A DNA stretch of 64,000 nucleotides, taken from contig OZ024743.1 of assembly GCA_964016885.1 (NCBI GenBank), forward strand, positions 243,288,001 to 243,352,000, given 5' to 3'. Position numbers and translations under genes: made by a program. The notes below the pieces were generated by a model. The model ran no database searches. It saw nothing but the letters and a program-made list of their open reading frames with translations, and was not told the DNA's origin. The DNA is from Eledone cirrhosa (lineage: Eukaryota). Positions within the stretch are counted from its first letter, which is position 1. Each line of letters starts with the position of its first letter. Below are positions 39,850 to 52,643 of this stretch, in pieces.

Positions 39850-41700
39850 CTCTTCTTCTCTAAACGACATACCTTTACCTAGGAATAAAGACTTTATAAA
39901 AAAAACTAATAGAAAAATCGGACTCATTTATAAGAAGACTCAGGTGGCGAGCATTTCATTTCGATAAATCTGATGCAAAAGAGAATATTTCCAATCTCGA
40001 TAGAATCTTCAAATCCAAAAAGAATCCACCTTCCAACAAACTACTAATGGATTTTGAAAATGAGATCATCTCTATTATACAAAGCATTAGTTAGATTGAT
40101 TGCACCATCTAAATCAGACCTTGGCATACTTAGCAAGAATATTTTAGACAGAATCATACCACAAATTAAGGAATTATCTTATTTAAAATTATGGAAAGGG
40201 ACTAATGAAGCTATCGACTGGTTTAAGGACATTAAATATAACTATAATAATAAATTTATTCAATTGGCTATTGCTAATTATTACTTATCCATCACTCCTA
40301 ATCTACTTAATAAAGCCCTCACATATGCATTTAAACATACAGACTTAACTAGTAATGAAATGCACATTATCTTAACTGCACGGAAAACATTAATTAAATT
40401 TAACAACCACCTCTGGACTAGAGCAGACAGAGATAGTAATTTCAATATCACTATGGGGTCATCCGATTCCGCACAAATAACGGATCTTGTGGGGCTTTTT
40501 ATTAATATACATAGGAAAATACCGAAGATGACCGGAGGTTTATATCGCGACGATATGCTACTACTTATAGAAAATAATAATAACTGTGAAATAAATAGGA
40601 AAAGAAAAGAAATTATACAATTTTTTAATTACCTTAATCTTATAGAAATAGAGAATAATTATAAAATAGTTAACTTTCTAGATGTAACTTTAAACCTTAA
40701 CACAGGTCTTTATTATCCATTTCACAAAATAAATGAGAACTTAAACTACGTTAACTTTAATTCCAATCACCCCAGATCCGTTAAAAACACTATAGTGCAC
40801 TATAGTGCAGCAACGTATTTCTAGAATTTCAGCTAATAGGAATATTTTTGAAGATAAGTGCAATATTATAATGAAGCGTTAGGTAGAGCTGGATATAGTA
40901 ATAAAATTAAATACATTGATAATAATGATGTGCCAACTAACCATAACTTTAAAAACTATAATAGAAAACCTTACAATAACTCGAAAAACAAAAAAAGAAA
41001 TAGAACTAGGAATATATTATGGTTTGCTCCCCCTTTCTCATTAAGTATTAAAACTCCTATTGCTAAATTATTCTTTAAAGCTCTAGATAAATGCTTTCCT
41101 AGAACTCAATATTTAATAGACATACTATAAAATTATCGTATTCCACCACTAGTAATTTAGCACAGAATATTAATAGAATTAATAATAGAAACTTAAAACC
41201 TAACCAGAATACCATTAATAACCCTAGCAATATCCAATATGATAGTACGGCTCCTAGTAACTTAAATTTAGATAAATGTAACTGTAGAAATAAATCTAAC
41301 TGTCCTCTAAATAATAATTGTTTAGTTAAAAATATAGTATACAATTGTAATGTAAAAACTAATATAAATTCCTTTAATTATGTAGGCTCTACCTCCACAG
41401 ATTTTAAGTCCCGTTTTAATAACCATAAATGCTCTTTTACGAATATAGGTAAAGAATCTTCAACTTCTCTATCTAATTTACTATGAGACCTAAAATCAAA
41501 GAACATTAACTATTCTTTACTTTGGAATATTATCTCCAACGCTCCTTCATTCAATGCTTCATCTGAAAATTGTGCTCTTTGTATAGAGGAAATATTCTTT
41601 ATATTAAAAAGTAAGAATTCTGTTAATTTAAGGAATAATTTATTCAGTTCTTGTAAACATCGGTTAAATTCAACGTTTAAATATATATATAAAATGTAAT
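39850..41700 (+). pseudogene. Penelope RT/GIY-YIG ORF, internally deleted and frameshifted
   Basis: FIRRLRWRAFHF N-terminal motif, ORFs 40054-40824 and 40858-41130, and a GIY-YIG frame ~41280-41700 with an internal stop. Confidence 0.85.
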
Positions 41701-43091
41701 ACATAACTCATCTCTTTTACATTATTACATAATATCCTCTATTATTATTATTACACCTATCGATAAATCATTAGATTCCTTTTATATGACTGCTTGTAAC
41801 TCTCTTAAAGAAAAGAAAATTTGTTCTTGAAAATTTTTCTTGATAAACATACTGAAGGATTTTTTGAAAATTCCTCTAACAAGTATAGGAAAATTATAAT
41901 TCATATTTTATATTGTGTATTTTATATTCTTATATTCTTTAAAATTATAATTCATATTTTATATTGTGTATTTTATATTTCTATATTCTTATATTTTTCA
42001 AATGCTTAATATATATATATCCAAATGTTTATATATATATGATAAACAGTGATTTTTATGTATATGTGGTATAACCTAAAATTTATACTTTAAATATATT
42101 TTATAAATATATTCTTATGAAAGAGTTTGTTTTTTTTGTGCTTTATGCTTTAAATATATTCCTATGAAAATTTTAAATGTTATAATTTCTATATGTTGTG
42201 ACGTTATGGCAAGTAAATTTATGTTTTAACTGTTATAACTTTATAACAGGTAAATTTATGAATTTCTAAATTTATGACTTAGTATAAAATAACATAAGAT
42301 TCATATTCTAATTACATTCTTATGATAGAAAATTTAACTTTTTAACTTCTTAACCTTATAGCATTTAATCATTAGAGTCATCTGAGTTATTAATAAATCA
42401 CTAGTAATTTCCTTTACGCTGTACAGCTATTATAATACAAATAAGGGGTTATTCTTCTGTAAACTCTCGGAATTTCCATGGGTTTAGAATTATTTGGATA
42501 CTTTTAACCTACAATTTTTTTAATAATTAATGATAATATATATTTTATTATAATAATAATAATATATATGTTTTTTATAATAATAATATATTTTTTAATA
42601 ATATATAATAGTTTTTAATTTTTTAATTTTTTTTAATAATCTAACATACACATTTAAAGTAATGATTAAACTATTAAATTATTAATTAAACATTTAATCA
42701 AATTTATTAATTAAACCTTAGAAGTTTTTCAACCTATCATTATAATGAATTCTGCTATTATTCATCCACGCTATATTCGTTTCTTCGCTTCTTCTCTCCT
42801 CTCACGTAAACAAAATTATGCTATTATTGTCCTTATAACTATTATTCTCTCTCACTTGAATATAGTCACGTTTACTCTCTCCTACTGGCAAAAAATATAT
42901 ATAAACAATTCCTTTTCTCTTTCCCCTCTTCCAACGGTTTAATTTAAATATACTGTTATTTAAACCTTTCCGACACTAATTTGCATACTAAATCAACAAT
43001 AAATCTAACATCTCCACTATCCAGGAAGCTCCAACCGTTAAGGTTGCATTTTTTCAGGGTCAATATTTATTTATAAAACTAATCTGTAATA

Positions 43092-43157
43092 TATTTTATC
43101 TGATGAAAGTGCACCATAATCTGCCTTGGTGGCCCTTGAAATATGTATAATGAAATA
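43092..43157 (+). ncRNA. Type I hammerhead ribozyme motif in the Penelope pLTR
   Basis: Stem I TATTTTAT/ATGAAATA; CTGATGA 43100-43106; stem II AAGTGCACCA/TGGTGGCCCTT; GAAA 43138-43141; TATGTA; AUA site, predicted cut after 43149. Confidence 0.8.
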
Positions 43158-43603
43158 AATATGGTTTTATAAATATAGTTTCCATTTGTTAATATATTGT
43201 ATATATATATATATATATATCATCATCATCATCATCATCAACGTTTAACGTCCGTGTTCCACGCTTGCATGGGTTTGGACGGGGGTAGTCCCACTTGAGG
43301 CAAGAGTGATTGTCTTGCTCGCATAGGACTGTCTGGCAGGTTTTCTACAGTTGGATGCCCTTCCTAACACCAACCACATTTACAGTGTGGGTCTGGGAGG
43401 TTTTTACCGTGTTGCCTACACGGCCACATTACAGCGTGGACTGTGTGTTTTTTTGTCGTGACACCTACACGATCTCATTTGTTTCGGCCTGGATGGCGCG
43501 GCACCAACATAACTTTACATAGAACGGGGTGGTGTGGATGGGGGGGGGGGGGGGTGTATTTTGTTAGAGATGCCTACTGGCTGGAGTAGGTTTTACTATA
43601 TAT

Positions 43604-46600
43604 TTAGGTAAGGCGGGTCTTCTCTGTTACTGAGTACCGCCAAAGGTCTCGGTCCAGTGACATTGTCTTGGAGAGGTGTAAGTGTGTGATGTCGGAGTTT
43701 ATCAGCTCGTCCCAGGTTTTTCTAGGTCTGCCTATTCCGTGACTACCGTCTATCTTTATTGCCCTGCACTTTGTTATACAGCTATCGACTTTCATGCGCA
43801 TCACGTGTCCATACCAACGTAGCCTTCTCTCGAGTAAACAACATCTGATCCCTCTTATCTCTAATTTTTTCCTTAGTTCGTTTATGCTTTGCCGTTCACG
43901 TATATTACTGTTACACATCCAGCGGAGCATGCAAGCTTCGTTCCTCTCTAGTCTGCGTATATCCTCTGCACACAATGCCCAGGTCTCACTGCCATGCAGC
44001 ATTGCTGTTCGTATGCAGGCATCGTACAACCTGCCTTTCATTTTTAGTGAGAACCCTTTAAAGAACCCTTTAAGCTCTCTGAACTTTTTCCAACCAGTTC
44101 TGACTCTAGCTACAGTACTTTCAGAGCACCCTCCCCCACTGCTGATTTTATCGCCCAGGTAACGGAAGCTGTCCACTATTTCTATAGAACCCTCTGCGCA
44201 ATTGAAAGAGCTAGTATTTTGTGGGCACTTGCTGCTACTTATTGCACCAGAGCACCGGCCACATGTAAAATCTATGTTCTTAGTTAGCTTACCTGTGATC
44301 CCACTACATCTTTTATGCACCCATACTTTGCATTTAGGACATAAAATGGAGTTTCTACCTACGCCTTTCCTACACACCGAGCACGACCATTTCCCAGAAG
44401 GGATCGCCGCCTTGTTTTCTTTCCTACAAACTAGTACTTTGGTCTTAGCCAGGTTAATTTTAAGTCCTTTTGACTCTAGGCCGTGCTTCCATGTTTGGAA
44501 TTTCTTCTCTAGCTCGGCCATTGATTCCGCTATGAGTATCAGGTCATCTGCGTATAGGAGTTCCCATGGGCAGCCTGTCTTGAACTCCTCTGTTATAGCC
44601 TGAAGGGCAATAATAAATAGTAGTGGGCTGAGAACAGAGCCCTGATGGACGCCAACTTTTACGCTAAACTCTTCACTATATTCGTTGTTAATTCTAACCT
44701 TGCTGACTGTTTCTTTATACATGGCTTGTATAGCCCTCACAAGCCATTCGTCAACGCCTAGTTTTCTAAGAGCCCACCAGATAATGGAGCGGGGGACTCT
44801 GTCGAAGGCTTTCTCCAAGTCGACAAAAGCTAAGTAGAGGGGTTTACCTTTAGCTAGGTACTTCTCCTGTAGTTGTCGTACTATGAAAAGAGCGTCTGTG
44901 GTACTTTTGCCTGACACAAACCCGAACTGCATTTCATCTAGGTCAATTCTCTCTCTGATTAGTTGCGCTATTACTTTTTCCGTGACCTTCATCACCTGGT
45001 CGATTAATTTAATGCCTCTATAGTTACTCCTATCTAGGGCGTCTCCTTTACCCTTATAACAGTTAATGATGATGCTGCTATGCCAGTCCTTCGGAACAAC
45101 ACCATTCTGTACGACTTGGTTAACTATGCGGGTGACCATGGTGTGTCCCACCGTGCCAGATGCCTTCAGCATCTCAGCAACTATTTCCGAAGGCCCAGCC
45201 GCCTTACCCGTCTTCATATCCTTGATTGCCTTACTTATTATACTCCCCTCGACTAACACTGCTGGTCCCTCTATTGGGTCGATATGGGGGAGACTGTCTT
45301 TCTCCCATTTATTCTCCTCATTTAGTAGCCTTTCATAGTGACACTTCCAAGCTACCTTCTTATCAGCGTCGGTGATGGCAAGTGTGCCATCGTCGTTTAG
45401 TACACACTTCTCCCCGACAATATCACGGTTTTCCTTGACGCATTGCCTAGCAATCCTGAACACCTCATGTTTTTGGTCATCGCGTTGTAGAACATGCTTG
45501 AACTTTCTTTCCTCAGCTTCCCTTCTTGCTAAGTACACTTGTCTCCTAGCTTCCCTCCTGGCCACTTGATAGTCCTCTCTACTTCCCCCATCCCGCCATA
45601 CTTTCCAAGCCTACTTTTTGGCCTTAATTGACCCCTCCACCTTACTGTTCCACCACCATGTTACTCTCCTCCTGCCTACAGGCCTGCTCCAGCCACAGAC
45701 TTCGTCTGTCGCCAACAGCAGGTTTGCTTTCAGAAATTCCCACTCTCCCTCTATATTGTCCGACTCTAAATGTTCTTCCTTACTGTCGAAAGCATCAAGT
45801 AATATGCTTTGAAATTTATTCCTGGCTGTGGGGTCCTTTAGCTTCCATATTTTTCTCCTGAGGATAGTCCTCTTCTGCTGTCGAGTACGTCTCGTCCTGA
45901 CTATGAGGTCGCTAGTTATCAGTCTATGTTGGGAGGTGCATTCTTCATGGGGGAGGGATTTAGTGTTTACAACAGACACTCTGTCACGTCTTCTGGTAAG
46001 GATATAATCTACCTGGCTTGTGTGTTCCCCGGATCTATAGGTGATCAGGTGATTGTCACGTTTTTTGAAGTTAGTGTTACAGATAGTTAGGTTATTTGCA
46101 TCACAGAATTCCAGGATTCTGGAGCCTTCCTCATTTCTAGTACCAAACCCATAGCCTCCATGGATTTCGTCGTAGCCGTCACAATGTTGTCCAACGTGAC
46201 CATTTAGGTCGCCTGCGATAATTATATAGTCACTGTCGGATATTTGGGAGGTAGTTAGCATCAGTGTCTCATAGAATCTGTCTTTTATAGTGCCGGGCAG
46301 TCCGGATTGGGGTGCGTACGCAGATATTACTGTCACCGTAGTTCTATTGAGGACAAGTCGTATTTTAATTATTCTGTCGTTCACTCTATTTACGTCTATT
46401 ATCTTATCTGCCCACTTTTCTGCTACCATGATTCCTACTCCACCCAGCCCATCGTCGTTTCCCACCCAGAAAAGCTTATAACATCGTTTTTTACCCTCAA
46501 TGAACCTAGCAGACCCACCCCTCCACCTGGTCTCTTGAATACAACAAACATCGACCTCCTTACGTTCAAGCATTTCTACAACCTCGTTAGCGCGACCCTT

Positions 46601-46835
46601 TAGGGTGCCTACATTTATGGTACCAACTCTGAAGTTTTGGATTGCGTTTGGGGGTTGGGGGCGGTGGGGGGGCGGGGGGCGATGGGGTTATGTTAGCCGT
46701 CCGCGGTCGAAACAATGAGGAGTGCTCGCATTCTCGTCCAAGAGGTGAATTTGTCTTTATCTTTGGCATTGTCGCTGAGCGTCCAGATTTTTCTCTCTCT
46801 CTCCTCCACTCTCCAGGATTCCGCAGTCCATCCAT
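43604..46835 (-). pseudogene. RTE ORF (APE endonuclease + RT + Cys/His finger), nearly intact
   Basis: VGTINV, CIQETRW, GDLNGH, VDYIL and SQHRL (APE); YADD (RT). Lesions seen: a frameshift in the G-rich run near 46650, an in-frame TAG at 45611-45613, and a small duplication-replacement near 44051-44073. Confidence 0.92.
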
Positions 46836-46875
46836 CCATCATATATCGAAAGGCAACCAGGCAAGCGATAGTATA

Positions 46876-46975
46876 GGCCTCTGGCTTCTGATTGGTCCGC
46901 GTAATAATACTGGTGATGCGTGGGGGCTCTGTTTTATGATTGGTCCACGTAATAGCAATGGTGGTGCGTTGGGGG
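46876..46975 (-). promoter_or_regulatory. Tandem CCAAT-containing repeats in the RTE 5' UTR (candidate internal promoter)
   Basis: Two ~50-bp units each with GATTGGTCC(G/A)CGTAAT (CCAAT on the element strand), upstream of the ORF. Confidence 0.35.
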
Positions 46976-47476
46976 TGGGGGGAGGGGTGTTGGGTAGCTA
47001 GCTAGAAGGTAATGATTGAATGGGGTCCTTGCATTTAACAAGCGATTAACAAAAATACAAAATTTGTTCTGTTGAATACGACCAAAAACTTTCGTATTTA
47101 ACAATTAATAGAAACAGAAAATGTAGTTTGTTTTAGCGATATATTGGCTATTTGGACTTGATACGAAATATGGATTGTTTTGAAAATACGCTAGAATTAG
47201 AATTAAAATACGCTAGAATTAGGATTTGTGGAGGGAGAGAAATGAAATCTGTACATTACGTTACATGAATATCGTGGGGTAGAGACAGCAAGCAATGAAA
47301 TTTGGTGAAGTGGATTCCTATCATATATATATAGAGAGAGAGGGGGGGGGCGCATGATGGTTGTGTGTGTTAGGCGTTTGACCGCCCCATGCCTTCGAAG
47401 AAGGAAGAAGGAAAGGATTTTGTTTTTTTGTTTTGAAGATACGCTAGAATTAGGGATTGAGGTTTGAAAATACGTT

Positions 47477-47520
<44 letters not shown>

Positions 47521-49014
47521 ATATTATCGTTGTACTATTCCATTTTTACTTTCAATCAACTATTAATTAACTTACCAAATTAACATTGAATTAATCTAGC
47601 GAACTATGCCATAGCCCAGCCCCCACCCCTTTTCTTCTACCACCTTCCAGTATGGCATCTGCCCCTGTAATATGCTCATCTACAAGAGCAGTAACTCCAA
47701 ATAAAATAAGACTGCATGGAGCAGATATGGCCTTATTAAGCCATTGAGAAAGCAACCCGTCTAAGAGGGCTGTGGCTCCGAATAAAATACAACTGCACAG
47801 AGTAGATGTGGGCTCCATAAGCCATGGAGAAAGTAACACTTCTGTCCAATAAGACAACCTCTCTAGTTCTGATGGCATAAATAATTGTTTCTACTTTTGG
47901 CACAAGGCCAGCAATTACCCAATGCATTACTGGTACTTTATTCTATCGACCCTGGAAGGATGAAAGGCAAAGTTAACCTCGGCGGGATTTGAACTCAGAT
48001 CTCTGATGGCATAAATAATGCACCCACGCCATGCTATAAAGTGGTTGGTGATAGGAAGAGCATCCAGCCAGTAAAACGTTGCCAAAACTATGCAAAGTAC
48101 AACATGTAAAATTATACAAAATCTTTGTTTTTTATGTTTGTCAAAGATTCGAAGCAACTTCTATTCCACCAACTTATTGCAAATATCTGATTCTATGTAT
48201 TTCTCAAACTTTTGGAACATCATTTCCAAATGAGTTATTGATAACATTTTAAAACTTTATTTTAAACAAAACAAGATGTATTTGTTGTTGTTTTTTTTTT
48301 TGTTTTTTTTCTTTTCGCTAATGCTACATACCCAAACATTGTTTATATCAGTTTTCATTAATACATAAAATAATGGAGGTTGGATGAGGTTTGTTTTGTC
48401 GAGGATTCTTTTGCATTCTATCAGGTAAAACTCAACTTCCCAAATACAGCAGTTATCAATTCAACAAACCTCACATCACAAACATAAATCCTTCTTGTTT
48501 CATAGTCAAACAAAAGAATTCAGATTTAGAGACATATGTTCATCTTTATCAAACACCAGGTAGGCCTATGGCCTGTCAGTCCAAGAGTGCCTTGAGAACA
48601 AGGCCTTCTGTTTGTTTTGTTGTTAATAGGTTTATTTTCCTTTGCCGGCTTGTGACTAACACTACCGATGTCATCCAAGGGAAAAGCAAAGGCTGATACA
48701 GCTAGGCACAAGTGACATCTGCAGCTAAGTGAACTGGAGCAATGTGAAATAAAATGTCTTGCTCAAGGACACAATGCATCACCCTGCCCAGGAATTAAAT
48801 TCACAACCTCACAATTATGAATCCAACCCTCTAATCACTAAGCCACATGCCTTCTCATACATATGTTCATAACAACAAAAATATTTTGTCACTGTTGACA
48901 GCAAATAAAATGTTAAGTACAATATAAACCATAATATATATATTGAGCAGACAAATCAGTAAATCACATAACCAAACTTAAAGAACAAGTAACAACTTTG
49001 TTTTGACTCTTTAA

Positions 49015-49222
49015 CCCTTTAGCATTTACATTACTCTATATTTACTAGTGTATTTTCACAGAAAAGGTTTTACCTCACATAATATCGAATCTATGGGATT
49101 TTGATATCATTTATTTTGAGAACAATACCTTAACATTGATATGAGTAGCTGGTTACAGCTGGTTTGAACAGAAAGAAGTGAGAGGATTCTGGCCGGATAC
49201 AACCGGTTTAAATGCTAAAGGG
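49015..49222. mobile_element. piggyBac-type MITE, copy 4
   Basis: TTAA|CCCTTTAGCATTTA ... TAAATGCTAAAGGG|TTAA. Confidence 0.88.
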
Positions 49223-49635
49223 TTAAACCTCACTAAGATTAACTTTGCTTTTCATCCCTTTATGTGGGTGATGAAACAAAATACCAGTGGATTGATGGAA
49301 CTATTAGATAAGGTGCCTTGTGGTATTTGTTCTGGCTCATGTTCTGAGTTGTAGGGTTGTAAACTTAATCTGTCGTCTGGCATCACCACCGTCGCCTGGT
49401 CCTCCATGGAGTTGGGGGGGGGGGGCTAATAGAGTTCAGACCAACTTCAGTTTTAGGAGATCTTCTAAAAAATGTAAAGTTCCTAAGTGATACCCTCCCC
49501 ACCCTGAGTATGTAGTAAAAAATGGAAAAAGAATGATGGAGGTAATGTCGATTTAGAGAGAGAAGTGTTGTAACAAACACAACAGAATCAACAAACACTT
49601 GTTAACGGATAAATGATGTCAATGATAATGATATA

Positions 49636-49823
49636 CAGTGAAATTCCGTTATAACAAAATTCACAGGGTATAAAAAAATATTCGTTGTAATGAAAAATTC
49701 TTTACAAAGAGATCGACCAAAACACATTGAGTGTTTGTTTGTTATTACCTCGGGGATTGAAAAAAATGTTGTTATACTGAAAAATTTGTTATAATGGTAT
49801 TCATTATAATGGAATTTTACCTG
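49636..49823. mobile_element. Tc1/pogo-type MITE, second copy (opposite orientation)
   Basis: TA|CAGTGAAATTCCGTTATAAC ... GGAATTTTACCTG|TA. Confidence 0.85.
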
Positions 49824-49828
49824 TATAA

Positions 49829-49870
<42 letters not shown>

Positions 49871-49879
49871 AGAGAGATC

Positions 49880-50640
49880 AAGAATAAATAAGACCAACAC
49901 AGTGATGCAAAAACACAAAGTCTTATTAAATGCACGCTTGGGAAGAAGTAAATGAGGGTTTCAACATATCGGACATAAGTCCTTCTTCAGGATATAGCAA
50001 GTTTGGGGAGAGAGAGAGAGAAAGTTGGAACATCGGAGTTTGGAAGGTTAAAAAAACAAAAAACTTTTAAGATGGTTGGGGAGTAAGCTAGTAGTCTGGC
50101 ATGTGGGTGGTGGTGGCTAGGGTAGAAAATCCAGGTATGTCATGGGTCCTGTTACATGTGTGTAGATGGAGTGCATTTCTTTGGTGTGCATTATTACTTT
50201 TGCGTTTGTGTGTGTAGTCTTGGGAGTTGCAGCTGTATGCGGGGTAGCGGTCAAAGCTGGGCTATTTCTGGAAGTGGCCAGAGGAGGGGTGGGCGGAGTA
50301 GCTATGTGTGTGGAAGTAGTAAGGGATGAAGGTGTGGTGACAAAGACTGGGTAGGGATACAATTTCAGTGAGATGGTGAGCTGTTTTGTCTATTTTGTTG
50401 TGGTAGTGTCTGTGTGTGTATTGGTAGTAAAGTAGTGTAGTGTGGATGTTTTAGTAGGCCATGCAGTATGTTTAGTTGTGTTAGTATGATTAGTTAGTTA
50501 ATTAGTAGCACTAAGTGGATGGGGGTATTGGGAGTAGTGAATGTGTGAGAGTGGTCAGTTAGTATAATTGATTAGTTAATAGAATTAAATGTGTATCATG
50601 GTCATGTTGGTGTGTGTGTGTGTGTGTCTTTTATCATACA
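49880..50640 (-). mobile_element. 3' portion of the same PLE-like family as 26340-27730
   Basis: Shared blocks in reverse complement, including CTGAAGAAGGACTTATGTCCGATA at 49959-49994. Confidence 0.6.
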
Positions 50641-51266
50641 CCAGCAGCAGTACCCAGCGTTGCCTGGGTAGGTAAAATAATATCTGCTTTGATGAAAAGG
50701 TGTTGATCTTAGCGACTGCTTCTCGATGACTCATCTATGGCCACACACAGGCCATGCGGGGGAGGGTGGTGATGACCTCTATCACTGTAAGACGCGGATG
50801 ACTGAGGACGGGGCGTGCTGGGGAAGGGAGTTTCTAATTCGAATGAAATCGGTTGAAAAATGTGGGAGCTAGAGCCGAAAAGGCAGAAATTTGAGCGAAA
50901 AGTTGGTATTTTCGAATATTTAAGCAGCTGCCACGCCCTTCCTGAACAAAAAATCCAAAATATAAAACCATTACAAGATGTGCAATGATAAATTCTATTT
51001 TGCTTTAAAATTTGAATAAAATCGGTGGCAAAATGTGGGAGCTAGATCCAAAAATCTTATTTTTCGATACCTAAAAAAGGTGACCCACCTATCGATTTTT
51101 ATCTGCAGAATGATCCCGGAATAAAAAAAACGATACGCTGATATATAGAAAACACTCCCCGGTGACTAATCTATGAGCCTGTAAAGTTTCATGAAAATCG
51201 GTCGTAAGATGTAGGCCCCTATAGGTAATACACAGACACACATACTTAATTTTATATATATACAGA
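50641..51266 (-). mobile_element. Non-autonomous Helitron
   Basis: Minus strand A|TCTGTATATATATAAAA ... subterminal hairpin TACCCAGGCAACGCTGGGTA ... CTGG|T, i.e. TC...CTRR termini inserted between A and T. Confidence 0.85.
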
Positions 51267-51331
51267 TATGTATGTGTCTATGTGTATGTATATATATATA
51301 TGTGTGTGTGTATGTATATATATAAATATAT

Positions 51332-51675
51332 GGAGGCACATGGCTTAGTGGTTAGAGCATTGGCCTTGCAATCGAAAGGTTGTGAGTTCAATTCTCAGGC
51401 CGGGTGATGTGTTGTTTCCTTGAGCAAGACACTTTATTTCACATTGCTCCAGTTTACTCAGCTGTAGAAATGAGATGATAAGACTGGGTTCCCTATCATT
51501 CCACTGCAAAGTGGTCATAGAGGTGCCACGGCAAAAAAAAAAGCACCCAGCACTCACTGTAAATGAGGTTGGTGTTAGGAAGGGCATCCAGCTGTAGAAA
51601 TCAAGCCAGAATCAGTTCCCGTCCCACCCTTGCAAGCAGGGAAAAGTGGACGTAAAATGATGGTGATGATGATGA
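51332..51675 (+). mobile_element. Complete tRNA-headed SINE with RTE-derived 3' tail
   Basis: A box TGGCTTAGTGG, B box GAGTTCAATTC, CCTTGAGCAAGACACTT box, then sequence matching the RTE 3' UTR and a (GAT)n tail; lies in (TA)n. Confidence 0.85.
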
Positions 51676-51696
51676 TATATATATATATATATATGG

Positions 51697-52615
51697 GATG
51701 ATTTGATAAATTCCAACCTTACACACTTGCACCTCTCTAATACAATGTCACTGGATCGAGATCTTTGGCGCTACGTAGTAATACAGAAGATCCGCCTTGC
51801 CTATGTATAAAGTGAAACCTACAGTCAGTAGGCACCTCTTAACCAAATAAATATACACCCCAATCCACTACCCCTACTCCATCCTCCCACCAACACCACC
51901 CTTTCTCTGTAAAGTTGGTACCACAACATCCAGTCCAAATAAATGAGATAATGAGATCGAGATCATGTAGGTGTCACGACAAAAAAACACACAGTCCACG
52001 CTGTAATGTGGCCGTGTAGGTAACACAGTAAAAAGTTCCGAGTCCACACTGTAAATGTGGTTGGTGTTAAGAAGGGCATCCAGCCGTAGAAAACCTGCCA
52101 GACAGTCCTATATGACCGAGACACGGTCACCCGACCAACCTTGCCTCAAATTGGGACCACTCCTGTTTAACCCATGCTAGCGTGGAAGATGGACGTTAAA
52201 CAATGACGATGATGATGATATATATATATATATAATCATCATCGTTTAACGTTCATCTTCCACGCTTGCATGGGTTTGGACAGGAGTTTTCTCACTTGAG
52301 GCAAGATTGGTTGTCTTGCTCGCATAGGACTGTCTGGCGGGTTTTCTACGGCTGGATGCCCTTCCTAACACCAACCATGTTTACAGTGTGGACTGGGAGG
52401 TTTTTACCGTGTTACGTACACGGCCACATTACAGCGTGGACTGTGTGTTTTTTTTGTCGTACACCTACACGACCTCATTTGTTTCGGACTGGATGTTGTG
52501 GTACCAACATAACTTTACATTGAAAGGGGTGGTGTGGATGGAGTGGGGGTAGTTGGACGGGGTGTATTTTGTTAGAGGTGCCCACTGACTGTAGTAGGTT
52601 TCACTTTGTACTTCA
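51697..52615. mobile_element. Two RTE 3'-end fragments, tail-to-tail
   Basis: 51697-52218 (+) ends in (GAT)n; 52236-52615 (-) begins with (CAT)n; separated by a short TA run. Confidence 0.88.
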
Positions 52616-52643
52616 CCTGTATATATATATATATATATATATA

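Larger units (their letters stand above)
39698..43195 (+). mobile_element. Penelope-like retroelement (RT + GIY-YIG) with inverted partial pLTR at its 5' end
   Basis: RT motifs ITMGSSDSA and YRDD, FLDVTL, WFAPPFS, CNC...CPL..C linker, IVY...YVG endonuclease. 39698-39771 is the reverse complement of 43122-43195. Confidence 0.9.
43219..47478 (-). mobile_element. Full-length (~4.3 kb) RTE-clade LINE
   Basis: 5' UTR with short repeats, single APE-endonuclease + RT reading frame, 3' UTR, (GAT)n tail; both ends abut (TA)n. Confidence 0.95.

Noticed and set aside
43794-47001. Plus-strand ORFs overlapping the RTE
   Set aside because: They are antisense shadows of the LINE ORF with no recognisable motifs.
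47340-47478. HDV-like ribozyme at the RTE 5' end
   Set aside because: Known for some RTEs, but I could not build the nested double pseudoknot by eye; a descriptor search (e.g. RNArobo) would be needed.
51332-51410. tRNA gene
   Set aside because: A and B boxes are present but continue into a SINE body and RTE tail; no convincing cloverleaf.
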